Virus record (IMG/VR): IMGVR_UViG_3300032095_000018
Span: 1-42,761 of that record
DNA length: 42,761 nucleotides
Source: a virus
Taxonomy: Duplodnaviria > Caudoviricetes
Direction: 5' to 3' (one strand)
This document shows, piece after piece, positions 1-8,855 of this stretch. The notes beneath the pieces are model-generated. The model ran no database searches. It was not told where the DNA came from and worked only from the letters and a program-made list of their open reading frames with translations. Made by a program: the position numbers and the translations under genes. How positions within the stretch are numbered: position 1 is the stretch's first letter; the number at the start of each line of letters is the position of its first letter.

Positions 1-48
1 GTGCCCCATTTTGAAAATTTTTTTAAAACTTTTTGACCGGGGGGTATT
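1..48. other. Left genome end, one half of the putative cos region
   Basis: On the - strand it reads TACCCCCCGGTCAAAAAG...GGGGCAC, downstream of the HNH gene. Joined to the right end it falls between HNH and terS, the usual cos position in cos-type Firmicutes siphoviruses. Confidence 0.6.
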
Positions 49-61
49 TCGAAAATTTTTT

Positions 62-301
62 TTAAATTTTTCTTTCCTCTTTCCATTCTTCAAACTCTTT
101 CAAAGAGGAATTGAAAAATTTTCTGTGCCATTCCAATTGAATTTCATTTTGTCGAACGACTTCTTTTGAAGTTTCAATCGTGGCAAGAAGTTGTTTCTCT
201 CGTGCCTGCTGCTCTTTAATCCAGGCTTCCATCTGCCTAAGATAGCATTCTTCATCAATGGTTAATGCTGATTGTTCTTTCTCTTCCATACTACTTACCA
301 C
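62..301 (-). CDS. Hypothetical coiled-coil protein
   Basis: 79-aa ORF co-oriented with the late operon, with a Shine-Dalgarno (SD)-like AAGGTGG near the start. Confidence 0.6.
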   Translation of the reverse strand: MVSSMEEKEQSALTIDEECYLRQMEAWIKEQQAREKQLLATIETSKEVVRQNEIQLEWHRKFFNSSLKEFEEWKEERKI

Positions 302-309
302 CTTTTGTG

Positions 310-549
310 TTATGAAATTATTATTTCATTTTCATAAGTTACAGTCTTTAAAATCCCTGGGCTTTCGTAATAAGAAATAGTTACACTCTTTAACGTCTGG
401 TTATTATGGTTAGTTGACCAATCAACACCAAGATGAACTATCTTCTCAATCCTTTGTCCATTAGCAATTACTATTGGAGCATTACTTATCTTATCAATCT
501 CAATGCTCAAGAATGGTTTGCTTTGTTCATTGCCCATCAACCTTACCAC
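310..549 (-). CDS. Hypothetical protein
   Basis: 79-aa ORF; the true start is probably the internal Met (MGNEQ) after AAGGTGGT. Confidence 0.55.
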   Translation of the reverse strand: MVRLMGNEQSKPFLSIEIDKISNAPIVIANGQRIEKIVHLGVDWSTNHNNQTLKSVTISYYESPGILKTVTYENEIIIS

Positions 550-881
550 CTTTCATCATGCTGCCATTTGTTCTGGTTCATATTACTGAAGTCTCGGCCA
601 TGTTCTTTGTTATGGCAATCAACACAAACAGTCTCCAGGTTATCTTCATCGAGTGCTAACTCAGGATGATGCTCGAGCTCCTTGATATGGTGAACAACCA
701 GCTGGATCTTCTTGCGCTTGGCACTCTCACTGTATTCATTTGTATCAATGCTGACTATGCCTTGCCGTTTACATTCCTGGCATTCGTAATTGTCACGCTT
801 CTTGATCTCTGCCCGCAGCTTCTTCCATTCTCCACTGTCATAAAACTTTCGCTTTTGTTGCTCAGTTTTATATTCAGCCAT
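543..881 (-). CDS. Terminase-associated HNH endonuclease (HK97 gp74-like)
   Basis: FYxSxxWKKLR...RDNYECQEC...VHHIKEL...NLETVCVDCHNKEH motif, located next to the cos junction. Confidence 0.92.
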   Translation of the reverse strand: MAEYKTEQQKRKFYDSGEWKKLRAEIKKRDNYECQECKRQGIVSIDTNEYSESAKRKKIQLVVHHIKELEHHPELALDEDNLETVCVDCHNKEHGRDFSNMNQNKWQHDERW

Positions 882-1041
882 CTGAATTCGTAGACTCCAA
901 AATGGAATTCACTTTGTCCATAACTTCTTCTCGAACACTCAAAGGAACTCTTTCATCTTTAGTTACATCATTCAAAACTCCGAATACTTCCTTAACCTTT
1001 TCAAGTTCAGTCGCAACAACATTGATATTCATCCGAGGCAT
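874..1041 (-). CDS. Small hypothetical protein (55 aa, MPRMNINVVATELEKVKEVF...), not in the ORF track
   Basis: Read manually: ATG at 1041 with GGGAGAGGG SD; TGA overlaps the HNH start region. Confidence 0.6.
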   Translation of the reverse strand: MPRMNINVVATELEKVKEVFGVLNDVTKDERVPLSVREEVMDKVNSILESTNSDG

Positions 1042-1070
1042 GTCATCCCTCTCCCTTCTTTCTCCAAAAT

Positions 1071-1093
1071 AAAAAGCACCTAAAATAGGTGCT
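1071..1093 (-). terminator. Intrinsic terminator
   Basis: AGCACCTA-TTT-TAGGTGCT hairpin followed by a T run on the - strand. Confidence 0.65.
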
Positions 1094-1502
1094 ATCTAAC
1101 TTTATATCGTTCATGAGCCTGATCCATATTACTAAAAGTTAATACTCTTAGCTTATCTGTCAATGGGCAATAAAACACTGGATTATTACGATTATTGAAG
1201 CCTTCTATTGTTACCCACAATCCATGAAGTTTTTTAGGTACTTTAGAATCTCTAGAGTATTTTATCTTCACTCTATAATCCCTTTTTAAATTCGCCCATA
1301 TTGATTTCTTATAACACTCATCACATTTCTCATCTTGATAAGAGTGATCGTAACTTTCTATTTCCTTATTACAGTGTTTGCAATAATACTTCTTATTTAG
1401 TCTTTCTATCTCTTCGTCACTTAACTCAATTGATAATGCTCTCCAACTACCTCCTGGGTCAAAAAACATATTATCACTCCTCCCACCACCAATTATGAGC
1501 AA
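1092..1502 (-). CDS. Hypothetical protein with CxxC...CxxC zinc-binding motifs
   Basis: CKHC and CDEC motifs; likely start at MFFDPGG after GGGAGGAG. Confidence 0.6.
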   Translation of the reverse strand: MLIIGGGRSDNMFFDPGGSWRALSIELSDEEIERLNKKYYCKHCNKEIESYDHSYQDEKCDECYKKSIWANLKRDYRVKIKYSRDSKVPKKLHGLWVTIEGFNNRNNPVFYCPLTDKLRVLTFSNMDQAHERYKVR

Positions 1503-1546
1503 GAGGAACTATGCGGACAAACACTATCGTTCGTCAAATTATGACA

Positions 1547-1771
1547 TTACCTTCGCCTTACTGCGCCACCTACACGCTTGTAAGTATCGCGTCTAGTGCC
1601 CATAAGTTCTTCTATGTCTCTACGACTCAACACCTCAGCAGGCTTTCGTATTGGCTCAATTTCAGGCTTTAACTCACTGCCTATAGTCAAGGTACCAGAG
1701 AACCTTCTAATCTCGTTAAAACGCTTAATTTCTTTAGCGTTTAGATGATCAGCGAACTTCAATTTGACCAC
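1547..1771 (-). CDS. Small basic phage protein
   Basis: C-terminal EELMGTRRDTYKRVGGAVRRR motif, common in Firmicutes phage late-region genes. Confidence 0.65.
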   Translation of the reverse strand: MVKLKFADHLNAKEIKRFNEIRRFSGTLTIGSELKPEIEPIRKPAEVLSRRDIEELMGTRRDTYKRVGGAVRRR

Positions 1772-1785
1772 CCTCTTTCCCTAAT

Positions 1786-1815
1786 AAAAAAAGCACCCAT
1801 AATTTATGGATGCTC
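1786..1815 (-). terminator. Probable intrinsic terminator
   Basis: AGCATCCATAAATTATGGGTGC hairpin followed by T7 on the - strand. Confidence 0.55.
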
Positions 1816-1825
1816 TTACTATTAT

Positions 1826-2209
1826 TTAGATACTTTTAATAGCTTCGTCTAACGCTTCAAAAATCTCTTGATAATACTTTTTATTATTTTTACAATTACG
1901 TGCACGTTCAATTCGGTCTGCTAATTTAGTTTGGCATTCGTCAATCATATTACGGATTAAACCTTTAGCCATTTCTGAATGAGTTTTTTCCATCGTTAAT
2001 TCTAAAAGTTGTATTCTTTCTCTCAGGTCTTTCTCTTCATCATAAGCTTTTCGCATTTCATAATCAAAGTGATCAATGCTTGCTTTGATTTCTTTTATTA
2101 ATGATTGAGAAACCGCCTCTTTCAAAATTATACCTTCTGTCATATTTCCCCCTCCTTTCGCCCTATACTTCGACAAAAGAAGATCTATTTCCTTTTTTAA
2201 CCACCTCAT
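1826..2209 (-). CDS. Hypothetical coiled-coil protein
   Basis: True start likely MTEGII (ATG ~2143) after AAAGGAGGGGG. Confidence 0.6.
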   Translation of the reverse strand: MRWLKKEIDLLLSKYRAKGGGNMTEGIILKEAVSQSLIKEIKASIDHFDYEMRKAYDEEKDLRERIQLLELTMEKTHSEMAKGLIRNMIDECQTKLADRIERARNCKNNKKYYQEIFEALDEAIKSI

Positions 2210-2239
2210 TATGCTAATAGCTTATTAAATTAAATTGCA

Positions 2240-2463
2240 ATCCTTACTTTAACTCCGGGAGGAAAAAACCAAGCAAAGTATGATTGCTGCCAAAGATTAC
2301 AACAAAACAGTACTTCATGATTCCCCGATACGGTACCGCAGATAAACGCGTTCAGGCTCCAGATGTTCCTCCCTAAGGCTACACCCTTCAACACCTATAA
2401 CTTAATATCGAGTACATCTTGATAAGGGAAAGATGCGTCTCCCAGGAATCACTTCCTGAGATT
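2240..2463 (-). ncRNA. Candidate structured RNA or leader downstream of ArpU
   Basis: ORF-free on the - strand. Contains a 9-bp stem with a GUGA (GNRA) tetraloop at 2440-2461, a stem at 2414-2436, and a long-range GGGAGGAA/TTCCTCCC pair (2366-2373 with 2257-2264). Confidence 0.4.
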
Positions 2464-2469
2464 AATGTT

Positions 2470-2555
2470 ATAAAAAGACAAAGAAAAAAAAGGCAGCAAC
2501 TTTGTCCGCCTTTTTCTCTCAATTTTGGTGCTATTTTTGTTCCCTTTTTGTCCCT
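2470..2555 (-). promoter_or_regulatory. Probable late promoter with activator-binding direct repeats
   Basis: Imperfect repeats GGGACAAAAA / GGGAACAAAAA / GCACCAAAA / GGACAAAG immediately downstream of the ArpU gene, where ArpU/RinA-type activators typically bind. Confidence 0.45.
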
Positions 2556-2937
2556 AAATTATTCCTATAGCAGTGGCTATCATGAATATAGCTGTTTTCT
2601 TTTTTTCATAATACTGCTTCTTTTGAAGGCCTAAATCTAGGTATATACTAAGGTCATTTTGTTTTTCTTTGCTTAGGTACTTCATTTCAATTATTTGTCG
2701 TTCAAGTTGATCAAGGCTATTATTAAGAGCTCTTTCCATCTGGATAACCTTGAGCTCATTTTCTAAATCGTTTTGTAATAGCTTTGGGAATATGTTACCT
2801 TGAATGCCCTTTTCATTCAATTCCAATTTATTCTGCTGCTGGATTTTTAAGGCTTTATATTTCTTTAATTCCTTCACTACAATTGACCGAACTTCTTTTT
2901 CATCAATGTCTGGAAAGAAAGATAATTGAGCACTCAT
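2554..2937 (-). CDS. arpU: ArpU-family late transcriptional activator
   Basis: N-terminal QLSFFPDIDEKEVR and C-terminal LDQLERQIIEMKYL...IYLDLGLQKKQYYEKKKTAIFMIA HTH; last gene of the early operon. Confidence 0.85.
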   Translation of the reverse strand: MSAQLSFFPDIDEKEVRSIVVKELKKYKALKIQQQNKLELNEKGIQGNIFPKLLQNDLENELKVIQMERALNNSLDQLERQIIEMKYLSKEKQNDLSIYLDLGLQKKQYYEKKKTAIFMIATAIGII

Positions 2938-3003
2938 CCATTCTCCCCCTATGGTATAATTGTATTAGTCGAATACACACCATTGCCGGGAGAAATCTCG
3001 GTT

Positions 3004-3034
3004 GAATCCTTGCTCAAAGCAGGGATTCTTTTTT
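3004..3034 (+). terminator. Intrinsic terminator (T tract on the + strand)
   Basis: GAATCCTTGC-TCAAA-GCAGGGATTC followed by T6. Confidence 0.65.
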
Positions 3035-3561
3035 TAATTAGCATATGGTAATAACTTTTTCCTGCCGTTTTCTGCTGCAATGGCAGCATCTTTTACTGAA
3101 GTAAAATATCCAAAATAATGATATTTTCCTCGGTGTTTTACATAAGCCCTGTACTTATTTTTACTCTTACACCAAAAAACTCCTCTGGCACCAGCTTTGT
3201 TATTTTTTTGGAGACTAGTATTTTGGTTATTCTGTTCAACTGTAACAACCCTTAAGTTTTTACGTTTGTTATTCAAAGTATTTCTATCATAATGGTCAAC
3301 CACCATATCATCAGGAGGATTCATCAAGAAACGGTGTAATCCAATCAAAGATGTCTTCCCATTTTCTTTTTTATAATTGCCCATGACATAGTAAGATTTT
3401 GTTTTTTGGTTATAATTCACATACCAACTACCAGGAAAACTTTGTGCCTTATCTAAATCCACAGTATCAATGAATGTATTAAAAACATCACCATTTCTTC
3501 TTCTAATAAAAATCACAGTGGTTTCACCAAGAATTTCATATTTATTCTTCATGAATTTCAC
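3034..3561 (-). CDS. HNH-AP2 homing-type endonuclease
   Basis: LHRFLM...VVDHYDRNTLNNKRKNLR HNH_3 motif plus C-terminal AP2 domain (RGVFW...YRAYV...YFGYF...AAIA). Confidence 0.88.
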   Translation of the reverse strand: MKFMKNKYEILGETTVIFIRRRNGDVFNTFIDTVDLDKAQSFPGSWYVNYNQKTKSYYVMGNYKKENGKTSLIGLHRFLMNPPDDMVVDHYDRNTLNNKRKNLRVVTVEQNNQNTSLQKNNKAGARGVFWCKSKNKYRAYVKHRGKYHYFGYFTSVKDAAIAAENGRKKLLPYAN

Positions 3562-3606
3562 ACCTTTTTTATTTGCTTTTATTGCGGAATATTATCGGAA
3601 TGTTCA

Positions 3607-3930
3607 TTAACCCTCTAATTCTATTTTCTCTAACTCCAGATGTTCGACTGTAATATCCCATTCGTCATATTCATAACTGCATTTATACCAAAGGCAAACC
3701 AAAGCACTTTTGATATAGTTAGGCGGATTGTCGTTAATTGAAATTGATTCACTGCTAATATTGTGTTCCTCCGCATCTTCCTTGTTGGCTAAGTATTGAT
3801 TAATGCGATATTCTTCAATTTTTTCATCAAACTTTTTTAATGCTTGGTCAAGGTTAAGGTAATACTCCGAATTGATTGGAAACCCCATCATATCAGTGCT
3901 TTTGAGTTTGTACGCTTCCAAAATGTCCAC
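3607..3930 (-). CDS. Hypothetical acidic protein
   Basis: 107-aa ORF with GAAAGG SD in the early operon. Confidence 0.6.
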   Translation of the reverse strand: MDILEAYKLKSTDMMGFPINSEYYLNLDQALKKFDEKIEEYRINQYLANKEDAEEHNISSESISINDNPPNYIKSALVCLWYKCSYEYDEWDITVEHLELEKIELEG

Positions 3931-3961
3931 CCTTTCTTATTGCGCTTTTTAGGTCAATTAT

Positions 3962-4633
3962 TCACCTGCGCAAACCACCTCTTATGTTATGAGCTTGCTT
4001 CCACTTTTGCAGGCCGCCTTTCCAGGTCCTCCACAGTCTTGCTATCTCTACATCTGTTTTTCCTTGAAGCTTCAAATCGAGATATTCTTGTTTCGTCCTC
4101 TTTTCTAGGAATAGAAAGCCCTGTAAGTTATTTTTTTTCTTCCATCTTGAAAGAGTGGATTTTCCAACATTCCAGCGTTTTGCAATTTCATCATCATTAA
4201 GATGGTCTTTTTTTAATTCAAGAAATTCTTCAACTGTTCGATCTGTTAGCTTTTTTTCAGGTTTCATTCGGTCAAATCCCCAAAACCTTTTTCTCCTAAT
4301 CAAGGTATCTTTAGATATTCCGAATTTTACACATATATCTTTATCCATCATGCCTCTGGATTGTAAAAACAAATAATTTTCTTCAGTACATTCAAAACCC
4401 TTTATTGCTTCATAACCAAAATTGATTTCCTTCTGAAGAGCATTTATTTTCTTTCCATGCACGCAGCTTTTCGAACAGTATTCAAGTTTTGATTGATATC
4501 CATGCTCATTCTGAATTAATTTTGCTACCTTACAATCTTTGCAATTTTTATCAATAATCCTAAGGGATTCTTTAAGAGCGCTATTCAAAGCAACTCCTCC
4601 TACCTTGTGTTTACTATTCGTTAACTTTTCCAT
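3962..4633 (-). CDS. Zinc-finger plus tandem HTH DNA-binding protein
   Basis: CKDC...CSKSC motif followed by three repeats of the xxDxEIAxxW/FxVxxxTL HTH-like unit. Confidence 0.7.
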   Translation of the reverse strand: MEKLTNSKHKVGGVALNSALKESLRIIDKNCKDCKVAKLIQNEHGYQSKLEYCSKSCVHGKKINALQKEINFGYEAIKGFECTEENYLFLQSRGMMDKDICVKFGISKDTLIRRKRFWGFDRMKPEKKLTDRTVEEFLELKKDHLNDDEIAKRWNVGKSTLSRWKKKNNLQGFLFLEKRTKQEYLDLKLQGKTDVEIARLWRTWKGGLQKWKQAHNIRGGLRR

Positions 4634-5342
4634 AAGCTATTTCACACATTATTCCGCACTCTTCCATAACTTCATCTTCAATTCTTCCTCTGTTTGGTTC
4701 TAATTCATCTAGGAAAACACCTTTGATGCAAGAGCGCCCTATTTCACGTTCAAGTTTTGCTCGTTCTGCAAATACTTCTGGGAAGTCCTTACGTATCTTG
4801 TTCCAGTATCCCATTCCACCTTTTACACAACCGATGCAATTATTGTTTCTATATCCCATTTCATACATGGCTGGGCGTTTAATTCCTAATCGATGTAACA
4901 TGCCGTGTACTTCTTCTTTGCTCAAATTTCCATCAAGTAATGGAAAGATATGTTCATACTCTGGCATGGCTTCTTTCAACCTATCTGCTCGGTGCTGCTC
5001 GGTACTGTCATATCCCCATACATACACCATTTCACCGTGTTGTTCTTTTTCCCATTCCTGTCTAACCTTTTTCTTCAATTCCATCGTACATCTTGCACCA
5101 GATGGCCCATTAACATAGCGAGTTTTTCGAATAACTTCTTCCACCCACTCAAATTTATCGCTTTGAATAATTGTGATTTTCTTCCCTAACGCCTTTTCAC
5201 AATCATGTAAGAACCTTAGTGTGTCTGGATGTTGGTCGTTAATGTGAATATAAAATATCTCGTCTATTGTCTCTTTTCTTAGGTATGCAGCTATGAAACT
5301 ACTGACGCCGCCACTAAACCAACAAACTTCTTTCTTAGCCAT
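4614..5342 (-). CDS. Phage PAPS-reductase-like (PP-loop/AANH superfamily) protein
   Basis: FSGGVSS PP-loop, ARCTMELKKK, GYRNNNCIGCVKGG motifs and a C-terminal ECGIMCE. Confidence 0.8.
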   Translation of the reverse strand: MAKKEVCWFSGGVSSFIAAYLRKETIDEIFYIHINDQHPDTLRFLHDCEKALGKKITIIQSDKFEWVEEVIRKTRYVNGPSGARCTMELKKKVRQEWEKEQHGEMVYVWGYDSTEQHRADRLKEAMPEYEHIFPLLDGNLSKEEVHGMLHRLGIKRPAMYEMGYRNNNCIGCVKGGMGYWNKIRKDFPEVFAERAKLEREIGRSCIKGVFLDELEPNRGRIEDEVMEECGIMCEIAYGKVNE

Positions 5343-5372
5343 TTGATCACCATCTTTTAATAAACTGATCTA

Positions 5373-5762
5373 TCAGTGTGTTTCTAAATTCTTTACTTTA
5401 AATACAGTTGAAGAAATCATTTGTAACCGATTTTCCCAGCAGAAAGGACAAGTGACATCCTTTAAAAATTCCAGTTCTTTTTCGATAGCGAATAACACTT
5501 CACAATCAAGGCATTTATAAACCTCTGCTTCGATATTTAAAGGATCATCATATTTTTTTAACCGCGGCCACAATTCAGGATCTTTTTTTCTATATAACTT
5601 AACTCTTGCGGCAACAGCAGAAGCATTACTTCCAATGGTTTCTGCAATCTCTTTGTATGTCTTCCCATCTATAAACAGTTCATGGATTAATTGCTTAGTT
5701 TTACTTCTAACACCTTGCTTTTGCACGTTGCTGCCCTCCTTATTTATCTGGTAAAATGCCAA
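5373..5762 (-). CDS. HTH plus zinc-ribbon protein
   Basis: GKTYKEIAETIG HTH; CLDC...CPFC. Confidence 0.65.
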   Translation of the reverse strand: MAFYQINKEGSNVQKQGVRSKTKQLIHELFIDGKTYKEIAETIGSNASAVAARVKLYRKKDPELWPRLKKYDDPLNIEAEVYKCLDCEVLFAIEKELEFLKDVTCPFCWENRLQMISSTVFKVKNLETH

Positions 5763-5809
5763 CTTTAACCCAATACCGTCTCCAATTATGTTTAATTACT
5801 TCTTTACGA

Positions 5810-5842
5810 CGGCGGGCAAGAGATTTGCCCAACCGCCTTTTC
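5810..5842. terminator. Hairpin, possible terminator
   Basis: GGCGGGCAA...TTGCCC(AA)CCGCC followed by TTTT. Confidence 0.45.
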
Positions 5843-5861
5843 TGTTTAGTTTTATTAGCCA

Positions 5862-6221
5862 TTATTCAACCTGACCTTCTGGGACATTAACCGTTCCATT
5901 GCCGTCCACAGAATACTCAATGCCTTCATGGTCATCTTCAATGCTCATTTGACCTTCTGGTACACTATCATTTTTTGGACGACTCTCCATAACTTCTTTA
6001 GGAGTTTGATAGGCGAATGTTAAATCAATTAAGAAATACTGACCGTACTTGTTATATTTCTCTGTGATTTTGTGCATTTGAAGGTTGTCATTTTCCTTAG
6101 CAACTGAAACAATTTCCTCTGCTTCCTCACGTGTATCTGCGTAATGTTGTTCCTTTTGATTTAGTTGTACTTTTGACATTGTAAATTCCCCCTTATTAAT
6201 ATCCTTGTTCTTGGCGTTCAT
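5862..6221 (-). CDS. Conserved hypothetical phage protein
   Basis: Likely start MSKVQLN after AAGGGGGA; contains the PEGQMSI motif. Confidence 0.6.
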   Translation of the reverse strand: MNAKNKDINKGEFTMSKVQLNQKEQHYADTREEAEEIVSVAKENDNLQMHKITEKYNKYGQYFLIDLTFAYQTPKEVMESRPKNDSVPEGQMSIEDDHEGIEYSVDGNGTVNVPEGQVE

Positions 6222-6744
6222 GGTTAATTGCGTTTTTCTCCATGTAAGCTTGTTCGATTTGCTCCCAGGTAAAGCCGAGCATGAAGCCTAATCCTAGAAA
6301 ATAAGCTAAAAGATGCTCGTACATTCCTTTTGGCACTTCACCTGTAACTCTCATTTGAAAATAGAGATTGTATACTCGCCCAGAACATTCAATAAATTGA
6401 TTGGTAATGTTCTTTTCATATACCGGCCATAATTCAATATCTGTACAGTTTAATTCCAATCCTAATTCAAGAATAAAATGGAGTTTGTCCACATATTCTT
6501 CAAGCAGTGGATTTTCGTAAACATTAACGAATTTACCGTCTATAATTCCCGTCTGATATTTCCAATTCCCCTGAACTCTCGGCTCCTGGTCCTTACTCCA
6601 AAATTTAAACCCGCGCCATTCATTTGCACATTCACCAAGTTCAACCAGAAGAGCAAGAATTAACTTTTCGAAACGATCCGGCTTATCATAGGCGATTTTA
6701 TCCCGGAGCAATTGCTGCTCTTTAAATAACAACTGAAGATTCAC
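6196..6744 (-). CDS. dut: Dimeric all-alpha dUTPase (dUTPase_2 family)
   Basis: ALLVELGECANEWRGFKFWS, LLEEYVDKLHFIL and YMEKNAINHERQEQGY motifs. Confidence 0.9.
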   Translation of the reverse strand: MNLQLLFKEQQLLRDKIAYDKPDRFEKLILALLVELGECANEWRGFKFWSKDQEPRVQGNWKYQTGIIDGKFVNVYENPLLEEYVDKLHFILELGLELNCTDIELWPVYEKNITNQFIECSGRVYNLYFQMRVTGEVPKGMYEHLLAYFLGLGFMLGFTWEQIEQAYMEKNAINHERQEQGY

Positions 6745-7043
6745 TGCCTTACCCCCTGTTTTTGTCTTAACTTTTCAAGCAAAATATTGTATTCACGCTT
6801 TAAATTGCTGTGGTTCAACTTAAGATTTTCATATTGTTCAACCATGACTTTCCTGCGTTCAGCCTTTTCCTTTTCGCGCTGGTATTTGATATTTACTTCG
6901 GCTATGTTCTTCCTCTGGGAATTGATTTTCTTCCCTTGGTCGATATACATTTTTTCAAATTTGATAACGATATCTTCTAACCGATTTGTGGACACCGACT
7001 TTTGACATCTGATGATTTCTTTAAGCTCATCGATTGGATTCAT
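6741..7043 (-). CDS. Hypothetical coiled-coil protein
   Basis: Overlapping start/stop coupling within the operon. Confidence 0.65.
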   Translation of the reverse strand: MNPIDELKEIIRCQKSVSTNRLEDIVIKFEKMYIDQGKKINSQRKNIAEVNIKYQREKEKAERRKVMVEQYENLKLNHSNLKREYNILLEKLRQKQGVRQ

Positions 7044-7288
7044 TTAGTTACACCTGCAGCATCAAATTTTCGTTTGTAATAATCTCGCTGGGATCTGGTG
7101 CGCTTCAAAGCTTCTTCCAATGCCAGATTTTCTTTGGCCATTTCCATATAGTTTTTATAGCGAGACTTTTGTTTAAGTTCTTTATTAATCTCTCTTTGGC
7201 TTTCAAGCTCTGTTACCAGATAATTGATACTTTCAAGCCGTAATCGGCCGCGCTTAATATCAGCTTTAATTTCTGATAATTTATCCAC
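7040..7288 (-). CDS. Hypothetical coiled-coil protein
   Basis: GTG start with GGGG SD, coupled to the next gene. Confidence 0.65.
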   Translation of the reverse strand: MDKLSEIKADIKRGRLRLESINYLVTELESQREINKELKQKSRYKNYMEMAKENLALEEALKRTRSQRDYYKRKFDAAGVTK

Positions 7289-7314
7289 AAGTTATCCCCA
7301 CTTTCAGGTTAGGT

Positions 7315-7854
7315 TCAGAAAGCCCCTGTCCTAAGATAATGTTTCGCCTGGTAATAAAAATGGTGATAGATCCAGTTGCCACTGTATTTTTGATCTAAAT
7401 ACACGATTTCGAAATTGTATTTGGCTTTGAATGTATTGAGCCTGCCGAGCAATGCCAATGGATTATATTTGGAACGATATTCACCTTTCAGCATTTTTTC
7501 GTATCCATGGAGATCTTCCACAATTAGAGTGAAGGGAATGTCCTTGGAGCGAATTAATTCATTCTCAAATGCTGTCTGAGTGTCCTTCTGGAGATTCCCT
7601 GTGATTTCATCCATGTGGGCTTTCCGTTCTACCCTGCTTTTTAAAAATATGTCCCGGGTTATTCCCAGTTCTTCATTTTTCGGAATCATGCAGCCATAAT
7701 CACCGGTATCTAATTTTTGAATTTTTATCGGTATATCCTTTTGGCGCAAATAATCAAGGATATGACCGTTTACATTCTCCCGGGTGTCTACAACAATCGT
7801 GAGTGTTTTAAGGATTTTGTTTAGTTCTGTATCTGTGTAATGATAGGAGATCAT
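7315..7854 (-). CDS. ERCC4-domain nuclease (probable resolvase)
   Basis: IVVDTRE, LDTGDY and VERK motifs of ERCC4/XPF nucleases. Confidence 0.88.
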   Translation of the reverse strand: MISYHYTDTELNKILKTLTIVVDTRENVNGHILDYLRQKDIPIKIQKLDTGDYGCMIPKNEELGITRDIFLKSRVERKAHMDEITGNLQKDTQTAFENELIRSKDIPFTLIVEDLHGYEKMLKGEYRSKYNPLALLGRLNTFKAKYNFEIVYLDQKYSGNWIYHHFYYQAKHYLRTGAF

Positions 7855-8237
7855 TCAACTGCCTCCAGAAGCTCAGGGTTTTCGTAAATATTTCCTGCGA
7901 TTCTGTCATAATCAAAATCATCTAATCTATATATTTCTCCCAAATCATCCTTCACATAAAATCCACAAAGCTCTTCATCCCAATAAACTAATCCGTACCA
8001 ACGAGAATAAATTGAACCGTACTCATCAGACTCTTCACCGTACAAAATATCACCCTCATAAGTACCTTCAAAGCCGGTGTATTGCATAACCTCGAAATCT
8101 TGTTTTTCATAAAAGAAAACATCTTCAATTGATACTGCTCTATCACCCTCAAATAATCCGAAACAAGGGGATTCATTTAATTGTTGATACATTTTGTTGC
8201 TTGGTTTACTCCAAACCCGAAATTTAATCTCCCTCAT
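7851..8237 (-). CDS. YopX-family protein
   Basis: MREIKFRVW...MQYTG...YEGDI...GNIYENPELLE signature. Confidence 0.9.
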   Translation of the reverse strand: MREIKFRVWSKPSNKMYQQLNESPCFGLFEGDRAVSIEDVFFYEKQDFEVMQYTGFEGTYEGDILYGEESDEYGSIYSRWYGLVYWDEELCGFYVKDDLGEIYRLDDFDYDRIAGNIYENPELLEAVE

Positions 8238-8406
8238 TTGCCAATCCCCTTTCTAAATGTAGAAGCATACTGGTTGAGCAGGCATACATGAACCCGCAAA
8301 ACATCATTGATCTGGTTGTATCTTCCCAACGAAAAATAATATTCAAAGACTGATAGAGGAAAATAAGCCCCATGATTAGATAACGATTTCTAACTAATAT
8401 CCTCAT
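8224..8406 (-). CDS. Small membrane protein
   Basis: 60 aa with two hydrophobic stretches; coupled to its neighbours. Confidence 0.55.
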   Translation of the reverse strand: MRILVRNRYLIMGLIFLYQSLNIIFRWEDTTRSMMFCGFMYACSTSMLLHLERGLANEGD

Positions 8407-8855
8407 GCTCCAGCACCTTTCTTGGCGTATGTAACAGCATTGATGTATAGTTCTTTTGCCAATTTATTAGATTCATCATTTTCAAATTGCCGGTAATCCT
8501 CATAGATATCTTTCCAGCCATTGTTAGCTAGTGCGATCATCCAATCATTGAATAAAATCAGTGAATTTTCTTCAGCACATAACCAATTATTTAATTTTTC
8601 GTTATGCTGCCACCCACAGATTTGATGAACCATTTTCATAAGTGTGATTTTCTCACTGCTGGCATCCTTCCAAGACTTAAACCAGGCATCAATTGATTGG
8701 AAATTTTGTTCTGCAGCTTGCATTACTTCAGCTGGAATCAAATTTTGATTTTTTATTGCAACACGATCATCAGTATCAAGATAGATATTTGCACCTGATT
8801 TCCAAATTTGGCTGAGTATCATTAATACTTGCATGGAAGTAATTTCACTCCCCAT
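8403..8855 (-). CDS. Hypothetical replication-module protein
   Basis: Likely start MQVLMILSQIW; follows the primase and origin. Confidence 0.65.
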   Translation of the reverse strand: MGSEITSMQVLMILSQIWKSGANIYLDTDDRVAIKNQNLIPAEVMQAAEQNFQSIDAWFKSWKDASSEKITLMKMVHQICGWQHNEKLNNWLCAEENSLILFNDWMIALANNGWKDIYEDYRQFENDESNKLAKELYINAVTYAKKGAGA

